Numbered from the stretch's first letter, positions 1 to 8,818 are shown. The stretch: 32,000 nucleotides of DNA from Thermoproteus uzoniensis 768-20 (GCF_000193375.1 NC_015315.1:410622-442621), one strand, 5' to 3'. The notes: generated by a model not told the origin, from the letters alone. Translations and numbers: made by a program.

Positions 1-1236
1 TCTATAATTGTTTTGAATAATACATATAACTATTTAAATAATTTAACATTTGCTGTTAAATTATTTAATAATTTAATATATAACACCACAAATAATTTGA
101 ATAACCTAGTCAGTATATTGAACCTAAGCTCGGCGGCGTTCGAGGAGGGGGCTAAAGGCTTAAACGCGTCGCAATACGTGGTGAAGGCGCTCAACTCCCA
201 ACTGGCCGCCATATCGGAGTCTCTTCTCGGCGTGGCGTCTACCCTGAATAGATCGTTGCTCCTTATACAGTACGAATACGCCTATCTTGCCGCCCTTTCC
301 AACGCGCTGGAAACGCAAGCCATAGCGATAGAGGCCTATGAAAACTCTCTCTCGACCTCTGTGCAGGCTCTCAATTCTATAGAAGGAAATTTATATACAA
401 TTTACTTCTCATTACAAAATACTGAAAATTCTATTAATAGAATTTATTTAAGTCTTATTTCTATAAAACAAAAAATTAATCAAATAAATTCAAATAATAC
501 ATTGGTGGAAAACGCAACGAGGACGTTGAGCCAAGAGCTGGACTACGCAATTGATTTGACCCGGAGCTTGCAATCCACGGTGGACTCCGCCAAGACCTCT
601 GTGGGCGCCTTAATCGGCATAGTCTCCACTACCAGAAACGCCTTGGTGGCCATTGGCGGCCAGCTGGGCCAAGTGGAAGGCTTGTTGAATCAAACGGCGC
701 TGGCCACGAGGCGGAACGCCACTGCCATGTTGAGGGAAATGCCGCCGATAATAACAAACGCCTCCAGGTCTTTGGTGGATATAGCGAATAACCTGACGGT
801 TGTGGCGAGCCAAATAAACCGGCTAATTGCGCCCATTAACGACGGCGTTGCCTACCTAATCTCCGCCTCAAGCTCTTTAAAATACAGCGCAGGTCAGATC
901 AAGTCGCTCTCTACGGCGTTGGAAGGCGAGCTTCCCTACCTCGGCCTAATTAACTCTATAGTATCAAACTATAGATACAATATTACAAAAACAATAGAGA
1001 GGTATGAATATTTTAGTTCGGTGGCTAAAACCTATAAAAAAATATACGGTACCGGCGTTATAAGGTACGAATTCTTCTTAACGCTTCCCATTGCCGTTAA
1101 TCCTGCCTCCTTCACCTTCAACTTGACCGCCCCCAGCGTAGCTAGTAATTCAGGGAAAGAGCTCCCCACATCGCTGGCGGCGCTCGCAGGAGTACTGGTG
1201 GCTATCTCTATGGTTTACCTCAAATTAAGACGCTAG
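1..1236 (+). CDS. C-terminal part of a surface-exposed coiled-coil glycoprotein with a C-terminal membrane anchor (5' end lies outside the window)
   Basis: The reading frame is open from nt 1, so the TTG at 13 in the track is probably not the start. The sequence is Leu/Asn/Ser/Ala-rich and heptad-like. I count 14 N-x-S/T sequons. A single C-terminal hydrophobic helix (LAALAGVLVAISMVYL) is followed by KLRR. Confidence 0.6.
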   Translation, partial: SIIVLNNTYNYLNNLTFAVKLFNNLIYNTTNNLNNLVSILNLSSAAFEEGAKGLNASQYVVKALNSQLAAISESLLGVASTLNRSLLLIQYEYAYLAALSNALETQAIAIEAYENSLSTSVQALNSIEGNLYTIYFSLQNTENSINRIYLSLISIKQKINQINSNNTLVENATRTLSQELDYAIDLTRSLQSTVDSAKTSVGALIGIVSTTRNALVAIGGQLGQVEGLLNQTALATRRNATAMLREMPPIITNASRSLVDIANNLTVVASQINRLIAPINDGVAYLISASSSLKYSAGQIKSLSTALEGELPYLGLINSIVSNYRYNITKTIERYEYFSSVAKTYKKIYGTGVIRYEFFLTLPIAVNPASFTFNLTAPSVASNSGKELPTSLAALAGVLVAISMVYLKLRR

Positions 1237-1427
1237 GATTTGCCCCTGGCCGACATATACCTAGCATATATAGAGCACCCGGATCCTCCATTGTTGCAGT
1301 ACTTCTCTAGTTGCGCTCTGCTTATCCGCCACTCCTCAGGAGGTATTAGTATACACCGGGTCCCGTCGGCTGTGGACCTATACATGGGGCAACGCACGGC
1401 TTTAAATCTGGAGGTAATTAAAGCCTT

Positions 1428-1973
1428 GTGAAGGATTGCCAGAAGGTGGAGGAGTATATAGCGGGTAGAGGGTTCAAGGTCGTCGAGCATAAATCCGACC
1501 TCTTATATGCGGCGCTCGGCAACCTCTACGTCTCGTTCTGGTGCCCGGAGAAGAGCCATATATTCGATGTAGATCCCCTAGAGCTTGCCGACCATCTGAA
1601 GTTGTTCAACTCAGATGTGCTGGTGGTCGTTGCGTATAGGCCCTATCTCGTGATCGACGAGCTCCAGAGCGTTGCTGATAGGATCAATAGGTGGTACGGC
1701 AGGGATCTCGGCGTTAAGCTAATCGGCGTCAACGCCGCGGATATCGAGGAAGGCTTAGAGGAGGCCGTAGGCCATGCCATGGCTTTCAGGCCATTTAAAA
1801 TAGGCCAGGGCCTGGGCGACGGCGATATATGCCCCAACTGCGCCAGCGCACGGATGAGGATATATGTGTCGGAGAAGATCTTCTCGGCGAAATATAGATC
1901 TCTGATCAGCCACATCGTGATGGGGTGTCCCTCGTGCGGGTTGAGGATACGGAGGGTGGAGATGCTCAGCTAA
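1428..1973 (+). CDS. Hypothetical protein: N-terminal domain loosely resembling a restriction-endonuclease/Hjc-like fold, plus a C-terminal CxxC...CxxC zinc ribbon
   Basis: GTG start sits 27 nt downstream of TTTAAAT (1401-1407). The C-terminus has CPNC (x37) CPSC. The N-terminus, GFKVVEHKSDLLYA...LYVSFWCPEK, is reminiscent of the Hjc DLIA...EVK pattern; this is weak and judged by eye only. Confidence 0.55.
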   Translation: MKDCQKVEEYIAGRGFKVVEHKSDLLYAALGNLYVSFWCPEKSHIFDVDPLELADHLKLFNSDVLVVVAYRPYLVIDELQSVADRINRWYGRDLGVKLIGVNAADIEEGLEEAVGHAMAFRPFKIGQGLGDGDICPNCASARMRIYVSEKIFSAKYRSLISHIVMGCPSCGLRIRRVEMLS

Positions 1974-2889
1974 GCGGCCTCGCGCCGGGATCCAGGGCGC
2001 GGACCACGTCCCCTAACAGCCTCGGCAGATCGGCCTTGGTCGCCTTCATCTTCACCGTGGTCACAGAAGCGCCTCTATGGCCTCCTCCGCTTCCTCCTAG
2101 AAGTTCGCCTATCCTCGCCGCTATCTCGCCCACGTCTACCTTGTGCGATCTATACACGAGCCTCACCTCGCCGCCGTGGCGCGACGCGACGATCGCCACG
2201 TCGCATCCGGCCGAGGTCAGCAGGGCGGCCACGTCCGACTCGTAGGCGTCTACGTGAGTGGCGCAAACCACGCCCAGCCTGGTTTCGTAGATCGCGAGAC
2301 GCGCCAACGCCTTAAGCTTGGCCATCTTAAGGGATCGTTCCTCCCCCTGTTGTACTATATACTTCTCGAGCGGCCCTATCTCCGATATCGCGAAGGAGAT
2401 TGCGGCCAGAGTCCTCTTGTCCGCCCTCAACAATCTGGCCGTATCTGAGTAGATCCCCAGAGCCGCCGCTATCAACGAATCACGCCTGGGCCTCACGCCA
2501 GCCTCGATGGCGAGCTCTAACGCCATCTCGCTACAGCTGGGCCTCTCCTCCCTCACGCCGGGCAACTTGTCGCCGACCGCATGGTGGTCGAAGATCGCCA
2601 AGGGCACGTCTATGGGGGGGACTTGTGCCAGCGATGCAACGTCCGCCAACACGGCCATCTCTATGTCAGGCGGCACCTCCTCGGAACACCTAGCGTAGGG
2701 ACCGGCGTCCTTGGCCACGCCGTCGGGACACACGACAACTGCCTCACGGCCTAGGCCCTCCAGGACATCGCGGAGCACCAGGGCACAGCCTAAGGCGTCA
2801 AGATCCGCGTGTCTGTGCGTGACTACGGCGATCCTACGCCGATTCCCTAATACGTTTAAGAGCCTCTCTAAGTACATGTCTCCTGTCAT
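1966..2889 (-). CDS. DHH/DHHA1-family phosphoesterase (NrnA/RecJ-like)
   Basis: Motifs present: HRHADLDALG (DHH motifs I/II), IFDHHAVG (DHH motif) and GGSGGGHRGASV (the GGGH motif of DHHA1). Confidence 0.8.
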   Translation of the reverse strand: MTGDMYLERLLNVLGNRRRIAVVTHRHADLDALGCALVLRDVLEGLGREAVVVCPDGVAKDAGPYARCSEEVPPDIEMAVLADVASLAQVPPIDVPLAIFDHHAVGDKLPGVREERPSCSEMALELAIEAGVRPRRDSLIAAALGIYSDTARLLRADKRTLAAISFAISEIGPLEKYIVQQGEERSLKMAKLKALARLAIYETRLGVVCATHVDAYESDVAALLTSAGCDVAIVASRHGGEVRLVYRSHKVDVGEIAARIGELLGGSGGGHRGASVTTVKMKATKADLPRLLGDVVRALDPGARPLS

Positions 2890-3172
2890 CGCTGGGCTGT
2901 ACCGCTCCTTCCTTTACCAAATCGGCGACGGTTATCCCGAGCTCCGCCGCCTTGTCGACAATCTCCCTCAACCTGTCCTCATCGACGAGGGCGCCCGCGC
3001 CTGCCTCCACCGATACCGTCACAGAATTGCCGTCGAACGCCACCTCGACCTCCGCCTCGACGAACTCCTCGCCTAATTCTCTAGAGAGGTATTCATATAC
3101 CACCTCCGATATCAGCTCAGCTACGTTAACCTCCTCCCTTTGCGGCCGCGCCTGTCTGTTGCTTCTCTCCAC
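2834..3172 (-). CDS. Small acidic conserved hypothetical protein in the prefoldin/exosome superoperon
   Basis: 112-aa ORF, Glu/Asp/Val-rich, co-directional with its neighbours and overlapping both (prefoldin 3' end and DHH 5' end). The start codon is uncertain because no TATA is visible for it. Confidence 0.5.
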   Translation of the reverse strand: MERSNRQARPQREEVNVAELISEVVYEYLSRELGEEFVEAEVEVAFDGNSVTVSVEAGAGALVDEDRLREIVDKAAELGITVADLVKEGAVQPSDDRRHVLREALKRIRESA

Positions 3173-3521
3173 CTCCTCTAATCCGCGCCAGCTCTTTATT
3201 TATATCATCTCGCAGTTTGTCCAGTTGCTCCCTCAACATAGACTCCTGTCTCGAGAGAGTCTTTATGTGTAGCTCGAGGAGCTCCTTCCTCTCCTTCAAT
3301 TCTTGGAGAGCTACGTCTCTGCTCGTCTGGAGAAGGAAATTGCCCACAGATTTATAGACTTTGGCGTCTTGCGACAATTTCTCTATCTCGCCCATCGCCT
3401 TCTCCACATCCCGTAGCTCGGCCTCGTACTGTTGTTTCCTCAACAAGACGCTCTGTAGCTGGTTCTGTGCCTGCTGAAACCTATTCACGAGATCTTGAAG
3501 CGATGGCGGGAGTTGAGCCAT
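3126..3521 (-). CDS. pfdB: Prefoldin beta subunit
   Basis: Two coiled-coil arms flank a central KVYKSVGNFLLQTSRD beta-hairpin region. I place the start at the ATG at 3521 (MAQLPPSLQDL...) because TTTAAA lies 26 nt upstream on the minus strand. The track's longer start at 3539 is a GTG downstream of that TATA, inside the TATA-to-ATG spacer. Confidence 0.85.
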   Translation of the reverse strand: MAQLPPSLQDLVNRFQQAQNQLQSVLLRKQQYEAELRDVEKAMGEIEKLSQDAKVYKSVGNFLLQTSRDVALQELKERKELLELHIKTLSRQESMLREQLDKLRDDINKELARIRGGGEKQQTGAAAKGGG

Positions 3522-3560
3522 GTGGATGAGACCGAGCACTCTTTAAATTTTTTCGGATGC

Positions 3561-3782
3561 CTAGAGTTCCTCGACGCCTTCAATTACGTAGAGTACTCTC
3601 AGTATCGTGTTGGCCAAGCTCCTGGCGCTAGCTATATCGGCCGCGTACGCCCGCACCTCGAGTTGATCTCCCTCGACAAATATTTTAATTCTTCCTCTAC
3701 GGAAAACTACTTCTTTTTCCAATGATTTAAACGTTTTCTCAATAATTTTATCTTTTTTAATCCTAACTAATATTTCGTACAT
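3561..3782 (-). CDS. pcc1: KEOPS complex subunit Pcc1-like protein
   Basis: 73 aa. The C-terminal helix DIASARSLANTILRVLYVIE matches the Pcc1/CTAG signature as I remember it. Its position next to Brix and prefoldin is typical of the archaeal superoperon. Confidence 0.6.
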   Translation of the reverse strand: MYEILVRIKKDKIIEKTFKSLEKEVVFRRGRIKIFVEGDQLEVRAYAADIASARSLANTILRVLYVIEGVEEL

Positions 3783-4323
3783 ATTTAGTTTTCATCCCTT
3801 TAACTTTTATGGCAAGACCTCGCGGCCCTAGATCCCTCCCGTCGATGAGCTCTACTAAGTAGCTCCCCGGCCTCCCCCTGATCACCACCAGCGTGTCGTA
3901 ACGGCCTCTAATCTTCTCTAGATCCACGGAGTAGAACAGCGGATATCCGAATATCTCTAGAAGCACGTCGGCCAGCTCGCTCGCGGTGTAATCAACTATA
4001 GCCGCGCAACAAGCCTTGGGCTTTCTGGCCACATATACCTGGAGATCCTCCCGCATCCTCACGCCGGATATGGGGATCGAATAGGGGAGCCAGCGGCGCC
4101 CCGCTACGTCTAAGAACTCCAGAGATGCGGGGTTGCCTCGTCGAGAGGTCACTAACATGATGTATCTGGCGCCCCTAACTACTGCTTCTTCCAGCAGAGC
4201 CTTGTAGGACCGCTTCCCCCTCACTATCTTCTCGACGCCGGGCAACGCGGCCGAGAGCTCGTTCAGGAATTCGTTAATTTTTTTGGAATAGAGTCGAGAG
4301 GAAGTCGCCAGGACTCTTGTCAC
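3763..4323 (-). CDS. Brix-domain (Imp4-like) ribosome biogenesis protein
   Basis: N-terminus (V)TRVLATSSRLYSKKINEFLNEL resembles the Brix ITTSR.PS..R.F motif. The GTG at 4323 overlaps the L37Ae TGA stop as GTGA, so I prefer it over the track's ATG at 4353. Confidence 0.7.
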   Translation of the reverse strand: MTRVLATSSRLYSKKINEFLNELSAALPGVEKIVRGKRSYKALLEEAVVRGARYIMLVTSRRGNPASLEFLDVAGRRWLPYSIPISGVRMREDLQVYVARKPKACCAAIVDYTASELADVLLEIFGYPLFYSVDLEKIRGRYDTLVVIRGRPGSYLVELIDGRDLGPRGLAIKVKGMKTKYVRNIS

Positions 4324-4637
4324 GAGCCAGATTCTTGCGACGCCCCTCTCCACCTGGCCTTCTGTATCTCGACTTGCTTAAGCTCCTCAGGAGTCAGAGT
4401 CCTGCCCAGTATCGTTTGCGGGATCCAAGCGCCGCCGGCGAAGGTGAAGCCGCACTTGGGGCATTGCCAGATGCCGAAAGCAAGGCGCCTCAGCCTAACC
4501 AACGACCTGCAGTTGGGACAACGATGTAGGCCCCTCTGCTTGACCTCTATAGCGGTTATCTTCCTCCTTATGCCCATGCCGTAGCGCGCGCCGTATCTGC
4601 CCGCGGGCCCCACTACCTTGGTGTGGCTATAAGGCAT
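4320..4637 (-). CDS. rpl37ae: 50S ribosomal protein L37Ae (eL43)
   Basis: N-terminus TKVVGPAGRYGARYG, zinc ribbon CPNC...CPKC, and AGGAW. A TATA (AAATTTTATATA, minus strand) sits upstream in the 60-nt gap. Confidence 0.9.
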   Translation of the reverse strand: MPYSHTKVVGPAGRYGARYGMGIRRKITAIEVKQRGLHRCPNCRSLVRLRRLAFGIWQCPKCGFTFAGGAWIPQTILGRTLTPEELKQVEIQKARWRGASQESGS

Positions 4638-4697
4638 GGGCCCAAATGATCTGGGCTATATAAAATTTAGCGGCCGACGGCTTGATATAGGGCCCGG

Positions 4698-5519
4698 CTA
4701 GACCAGGCTCTTCAACAATATATCTTTGAACTTGTCCCTGACAGAGTAGGCGAGATCTACCGCTTGTCCAAGCTCTTGTTCCGTGAAGTAGCCCATCGTC
4801 TTCTGTATAGACACTATGGAGTCTTGAGCTATGGTCACGGTTATTCGGCCGTCCAGCGAGAGCTCCTCCTCGAAGTTGGGATCCACTATAAGGCGGTTGT
4901 CTATTTTCCCTATCGAGACGGCTATCGGCGCCTTGGATAGATCGGACGGAAGCGCCGTCTTGTTATTTCTATCCAACTTGACCCCCGTCTCGTCCTTGAC
5001 CGCCGACGGCAACATGGTGGATCTCAGCGCGGCCAGAGCGGCGAGGTTCGCGGCGTCGACGAGGTTGCCGTCGTCGTTTAGGACGTAGAGATCCACCCAA
5101 AGTACGTAGACCTTGTTCTGGTCTATCGCCAGCTTCTTAAAGTCCACGAAGCCGCTGTGGCGTATGCCGCGGTCGACGACGCGGGCGAGCTCTATAGCCG
5201 TCTCGTCCGGCGGCCCTATCTCGCTGTAGGGGGATGCGTGGGGCAAGATCTCGGCGTTTACGATCAACACCCCCTCGTCAGGCGCGTCGGGGAACGGCTG
5301 GCCCAGGCCGACCTTAACCCCGGCCACGACCCTGGTCTTTCCCAATAACGCTTCCGCTGATCCGTCAGCTGTGTTGACCACGTTAGTCGTTATGGATACC
5401 TCCCTCAGCTGATCCGGCGTTCTGCCGTCTATCCTAACGCCCGATGATATAAGCCTCCTTATCTGGTTACGTCGTATGTACGAGATGAAGCGTTTGCTGT
5501 AGGGCGATATTGACGCCAT
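4698..5519 (-). CDS. rrp42: Exosome complex RNase PH-like subunit Rrp42
   Basis: 273-aa RNase PH fold (RIDGRTPDQLREVSI...). It shares one nucleotide (5519) with rrp41: the last base of the rrp41 stop is the first base of the rrp42 start. Confidence 0.9.
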   Translation of the reverse strand: MASISPYSKRFISYIRRNQIRRLISSGVRIDGRTPDQLREVSITTNVVNTADGSAEALLGKTRVVAGVKVGLGQPFPDAPDEGVLIVNAEILPHASPYSEIGPPDETAIELARVVDRGIRHSGFVDFKKLAIDQNKVYVLWVDLYVLNDDGNLVDAANLAALAALRSTMLPSAVKDETGVKLDRNNKTALPSDLSKAPIAVSIGKIDNRLIVDPNFEEELSLDGRITVTIAQDSIVSIQKTMGYFTEQELGQAVDLAYSVRDKFKDILLKSLV

Positions 5520-6256
5520 TATTTAGCCACCTCCTCGGCTATTTCAAAGTATTTTGTCTTGAGCGCCTCGCGCGCCTTGCTGTAGACGTATTCGGCCCCC
5601 TTTATGGCGAGTTTTAAGGCCTCGGCGAACTTATCCCTACTCCACGAGCCGTCGAGCTGTAAGAGGGTTATCCGGCCTAGGTTCGGCATATATCCGACCG
5701 GCATATCGCCCTCGCCGTAGTTGTCCTCAAGCCCGTTAAGATCCAACACGACGGTGCCGTTGACTAGGCCGACCGATACGCCTATCACTAAATCCCTCAT
5801 GGGCACGCCGGCGTCGGCGAGCGCGAGAGACGCCGCGGTCAACGAGGCCACCCGCGTGGATCCGTCTGCCTGGACTATCTCGACGAATACGTCTATACGG
5901 GAACGCGGGAACTGCTCCAGAAATATCGCGGGCTCAAGCGCCTCCCTCAACACCTTCGAGATCTCTATCTCGCGGCGCGACGGCGCCGGGTTCTTGCGCT
6001 CGTCCCTAGTACTGAAGGGCGCCATGTGGTACCTCACGCGCATGACGGCGCGATCCGGCAGGGACAAGTGCCTCGGGTGCATCTCGCGCGGGCCGTATAC
6101 TGCAGCAACGGCCGTGGTATTGCCGTAGGACACCATGGCGGAGCCGTCGGCGTTGGAGATGACGCCGACAGATATCTTGACCTCACGCATCTGGTCTGGC
6201 GTCCTCCCGTCAGCCCTCCTGCCTTCTACCAGCAGAGGCACAGGCGGTTGCTTCAT
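5519..6256 (-). CDS. rrp41: Exosome complex catalytic RNase PH subunit Rrp41
   Basis: RADGRTPDQMREVKISVGV...NADGSA...DGSTRVASLTAASLALADAGVPM, the typical Rrp41 sequence. It overlaps the rrp4 stop by 4 nt. Confidence 0.9.
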   Translation of the reverse strand: MKQPPVPLLVEGRRADGRTPDQMREVKISVGVISNADGSAMVSYGNTTAVAAVYGPREMHPRHLSLPDRAVMRVRYHMAPFSTRDERKNPAPSRREIEISKVLREALEPAIFLEQFPRSRIDVFVEIVQADGSTRVASLTAASLALADAGVPMRDLVIGVSVGLVNGTVVLDLNGLEDNYGEGDMPVGYMPNLGRITLLQLDGSWSRDKFAEALKLAIKGAEYVYSKAREALKTKYFEIAEEVAK

Positions 6257-6963
6257 TGCCTAGCCGAACCCGCACTGGTTTTATATCTTTCAACTAGCGC
6301 CTTGACCCTATCGGTAAGCCCGGCCACATGGCTCTCCCTATCTATCTTCTCTATTATTTGCAACAACACGAATTCGGCATCGGGTCCGGGGCATTTTGCC
6401 CACAGCCTCCCGTTCTGGCCAACTATAATATCGCAACCGAGCTCCGAGATCGTGGAGATCATGCTACCCTTCTTGCCGATCACGCGCGGCACCTTGACGG
6501 GCGAGAGCTCGACCACGAACCCGCTCTCTATCTTGCCCAGCCTCTCGCCTTCTCTGAGCGTCAGCATTACGGGGAACTCGTCGGTCAGATCCACGTCCTT
6601 CACCACGGCTATAACGGCATCGCCTATATTGAGGAGGCTCGTCAAGCTGGTCTTCTCGAGATCTATGTACTTGGCCGTGGCCTCGCTCACGGGCAACCAC
6701 GCCGCCAGAGGCGCCCTCACGTCGACTTCCCAACCCGATGCAAGGACGTCGGTGACGTATCCGATCACAACGTCACCGGGCTTAGGTCTGTAGGAACCCT
6801 CCAGAGGCACTACGACTATCTTGTTGTCTCTGAACTCCACCAGGCCGACGGAGGACGCTCTGTACTTCCCGTCGTCGATATACACGGCGCCCTCTACGCT
6901 CTCGTCCGAGGTCGCCACCAAGTCGCCGGGGAATATCACTTGTCTAGGGGATACGTACTTCAT
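6253..6963 (-). CDS. rrp4: Exosome RNA-binding subunit Rrp4 (S1 + KH domains)
   Basis: The true start is the ATG at 6963 (MKYVSPRQVIFPGD...), which shares one nucleotide with the SBDS TGA stop. The S1 domain contains PKPGDVVIGYVTDV and the KH domain contains VIGKKGSMISTI. The 130 upstream codons of the track ORF are Arg/Gly-rich and lie inside the SBDS gene. Confidence 0.9.
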   Translation of the reverse strand: MKYVSPRQVIFPGDLVATSDESVEGAVYIDDGKYRASSVGLVEFRDNKIVVVPLEGSYRPKPGDVVIGYVTDVLASGWEVDVRAPLAAWLPVSEATAKYIDLEKTSLTSLLNIGDAVIAVVKDVDLTDEFPVMLTLREGERLGKIESGFVVELSPVKVPRVIGKKGSMISTISELGCDIIVGQNGRLWAKCPGPDAEFVLLQIIEKIDRESHVAGLTDRVKALVERYKTSAGSARQ

Positions 6964-7658
6964 CAATACACTATTTCTAGTATCTTCACGTCGCCTTCTC
7001 CGTGGGTTATGTCGTTGACTCTCCCTATTATCATGTCCTGAAGGCCCGCGGGCGCCTCGACTATGGCCTCCCACGACCCGTCGCTCCTGAACCTCTCGTT
7101 GACGATCTTTGCCGACTTGCCCACGAAGCCCTTCACCTTCTGCGCGTATTGCGACGACACGCTTACCGCTATTCTGACAGTGGCCACCTTTATCGGAAGG
7201 ACTCTCTGGAGCTCCTTCAAGATGTGGTTTATCTGCTCCTCCACCGGCTTGAACGGATCTATAGCCGCGCGCACTTGCTCCAAGGCGTTCTCTACCCTCT
7301 GGGGCGGCACAGGGGTCTTGGTCCGCACGTCGATGCAGTTGCGCGAGATCCATTCGACTATCTGCCTCCTCTTGTCCTCGACCATCTTGCGCCTCTGCTC
7401 GGCGGTTATGGGGATCTCCCCCTCCCTTATTATGATCTCGGCCACCTTGTGGACGTCGGTAGTCCCAAACGCCTTCTTTAACGCCTGTTCGGAGGCCCTA
7501 AGGCCTTTACGGGCATCCTTATAGATCTCCTCGTGGACCAACACCTTATCTAGACCTATCGACTTCCCCGTCTTCAGCTCCAACGCGGCGTCGGGATCTA
7601 CCAAGATCTCGAAATGCTCGCCAGCGCGATCCAACTTCGCTATAGCCACCTTAGTCAT
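6963..7658 (-). CDS. sdo1: SBDS-family ribosome maturation protein (Sdo1)
   Basis: LDRAGEHFEILVDPDAALELKTGK...IYKDARKG...AFGTTD, the typical archaeal SBDS N-terminus. 231 aa. Confidence 0.85.
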   Translation of the reverse strand: MTKVAIAKLDRAGEHFEILVDPDAALELKTGKSIGLDKVLVHEEIYKDARKGLRASEQALKKAFGTTDVHKVAEIIIREGEIPITAEQRRKMVEDKRRQIVEWISRNCIDVRTKTPVPPQRVENALEQVRAAIDPFKPVEEQINHILKELQRVLPIKVATVRIAVSVSSQYAQKVKGFVGKSAKIVNERFRSDGSWEAIVEAPAGLQDMIIGRVNDITHGEGDVKILEIVY

Positions 7659-7739
7659 ATAAGCACCTATAAAAACACGAGAAATAAATCTATCGAGGCG
7701 GGGCTGTTCGAGCTTAAATAACGATGCTATCAGGAAGCC

Positions 7740-8060
7740 ATGAGCGTCTATGTGGCCGATAGAGGCGTTGTGCGTATAGAGTGCGATATGGCCTACACCA
7801 ACTATAGAGGCGAGGGCGGCTACTACGTGCCGTGCGAGATAGAGGGCCCGGTCTCTCTGGGATGTCTTGCCGAGGGGCTCGGCGCGTCTGGAGACATCTG
7901 TGCCGAGACGGAGTTGCTCAGAGTATGCAGAGGGGGGGAGGGAAAACTCAAGGTCACCATAAACGTAACTAAATGTATGTCCAGAGGCATAACGCCGGGC
8001 GAGCTCGCAAAGCAGTTGTTAATTATAGCGGAGCTCTGCGCCCGGAGAGCTACTTCTTGA
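7740..8060 (+). CDS. Hypothetical Cys-rich small protein
   Basis: 106-aa ORF with 7 Cys. The ATG is about 27 nt downstream of CTTAAATA (7713-7720). It converges on psmA with an 11-nt overlap. Confidence 0.5.
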   Translation: MSVYVADRGVVRIECDMAYTNYRGEGGYYVPCEIEGPVSLGCLAEGLGASGDICAETELLRVCRGGEGKLKVTINVTKCMSRGITPGELAKQLLIIAELCARRATS

Positions 8061-8769
8061 TTTTAGCCAGAATAGGGGCGAGCTCCTCCTTAGACATCTT
8101 CCTCATAACCTTGCTCTTCACGTCGCCGTATGCGACCTCTATCCTATCCGCATCAATAGACTCCATCGCGGTGCTGAGAGCTCTCAGAGCCAGCTCGATA
8201 CATTGAGGCACGTCCATGTCGTGGCTGTAGTTCTTCTCCAAGAATTCGACGATGGCTGTGGACTCGGCCCCTATCGCCGTCGCGTAGTAGCCGAGGTAGA
8301 CGCCGCCTGGGTCTGTCTGGAAGAGCTTAGGGCCCTGCCTATCTATGCCGGCCACCAGCAGGGCGACGCCGAAAGGCCTGGCGCCCCCGAACTGTGTGTA
8401 TTGCTGCTTCAGGTTGCATATGTCCTTAGTCAACACCTCGACGTCTATAGGCTCGTCGTAGAGGAACCTATGCGCCAACGCGACCGACCTGGCGTAGTCG
8501 ACGAGCACTCTGGCGTCCGCCAGAAGGCCGGAAGGCGAGATCGCCACGTGGTCGTCCACAATATATATCTTCTCCAACGACGATGGGTCGAACAACTGCG
8601 ATATCTTGCGTTTCTCGGCCGCCAGGACCACGCCGGAGGAGCACTTGACGCCGACAGTTGGCCAACCCCTCTTCACGGCCTCGCCCGCGTACTCTACTTG
8701 GTAGAGCTTCCCCTCAGGCGAGAATATCGTTATGGCTCTGTCGTAACCTGCCATTGAAGGCGGGAACAT
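8050..8769 (-). CDS. psmA: Proteasome alpha subunit
   Basis: YDRAITIFSPEGKLYQVEYAGEAVKRG. The first ATG lies 27 nt from a minus-strand TTTAAAT. Confidence 0.92.
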   Translation of the reverse strand: MFPPSMAGYDRAITIFSPEGKLYQVEYAGEAVKRGWPTVGVKCSSGVVLAAEKRKISQLFDPSSLEKIYIVDDHVAISPSGLLADARVLVDYARSVALAHRFLYDEPIDVEVLTKDICNLKQQYTQFGGARPFGVALLVAGIDRQGPKLFQTDPGGVYLGYYATAIGAESTAIVEFLEKNYSHDMDVPQCIELALRALSTAMESIDADRIEVAYGDVKSKVMRKMSKEELAPILAKIKK

Positions 8770-8788
8770 GGTAGCCCTCTAATTCTCC

Positions 8789-8800
8789 AATTTAAATATT
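8789..8800. promoter_or_regulatory. Shared A/T element (AATTTAAATATT) serving as back-to-back TATA boxes for psmA (-) and the 8819 gene (+)
   Basis: The distance from the TTTAAA core to the psmA ATG (8769) is about 27 nt, and to the GTG at 8819 about 28 nt. Confidence 0.6.
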
Positions 8801-8818
8801 AGCACATCAGCATGGGCC

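Noticed and set aside
1233-1490. 85-aa minus-strand ORF and the 63-aa plus-strand ORF (1240..1431) between the surface protein gene and the 1428 gene.
   Set aside because: They overlap each other and the promoter and start of the 1428 gene. Neither has a recognisable motif or a properly spaced TATA for its annotated start. I leave them unresolved rather than calling them genes.
6964-7353. N-terminal 130 codons of the 366-aa track ORF 6253..7353, which would extend Rrp4.
   Set aside because: The extension is Arg/Gly/Glu low-complexity sequence lying entirely inside the well-supported SBDS gene in another frame. Rrp4 homology begins at the ATG at 6963, which abuts the SBDS stop.
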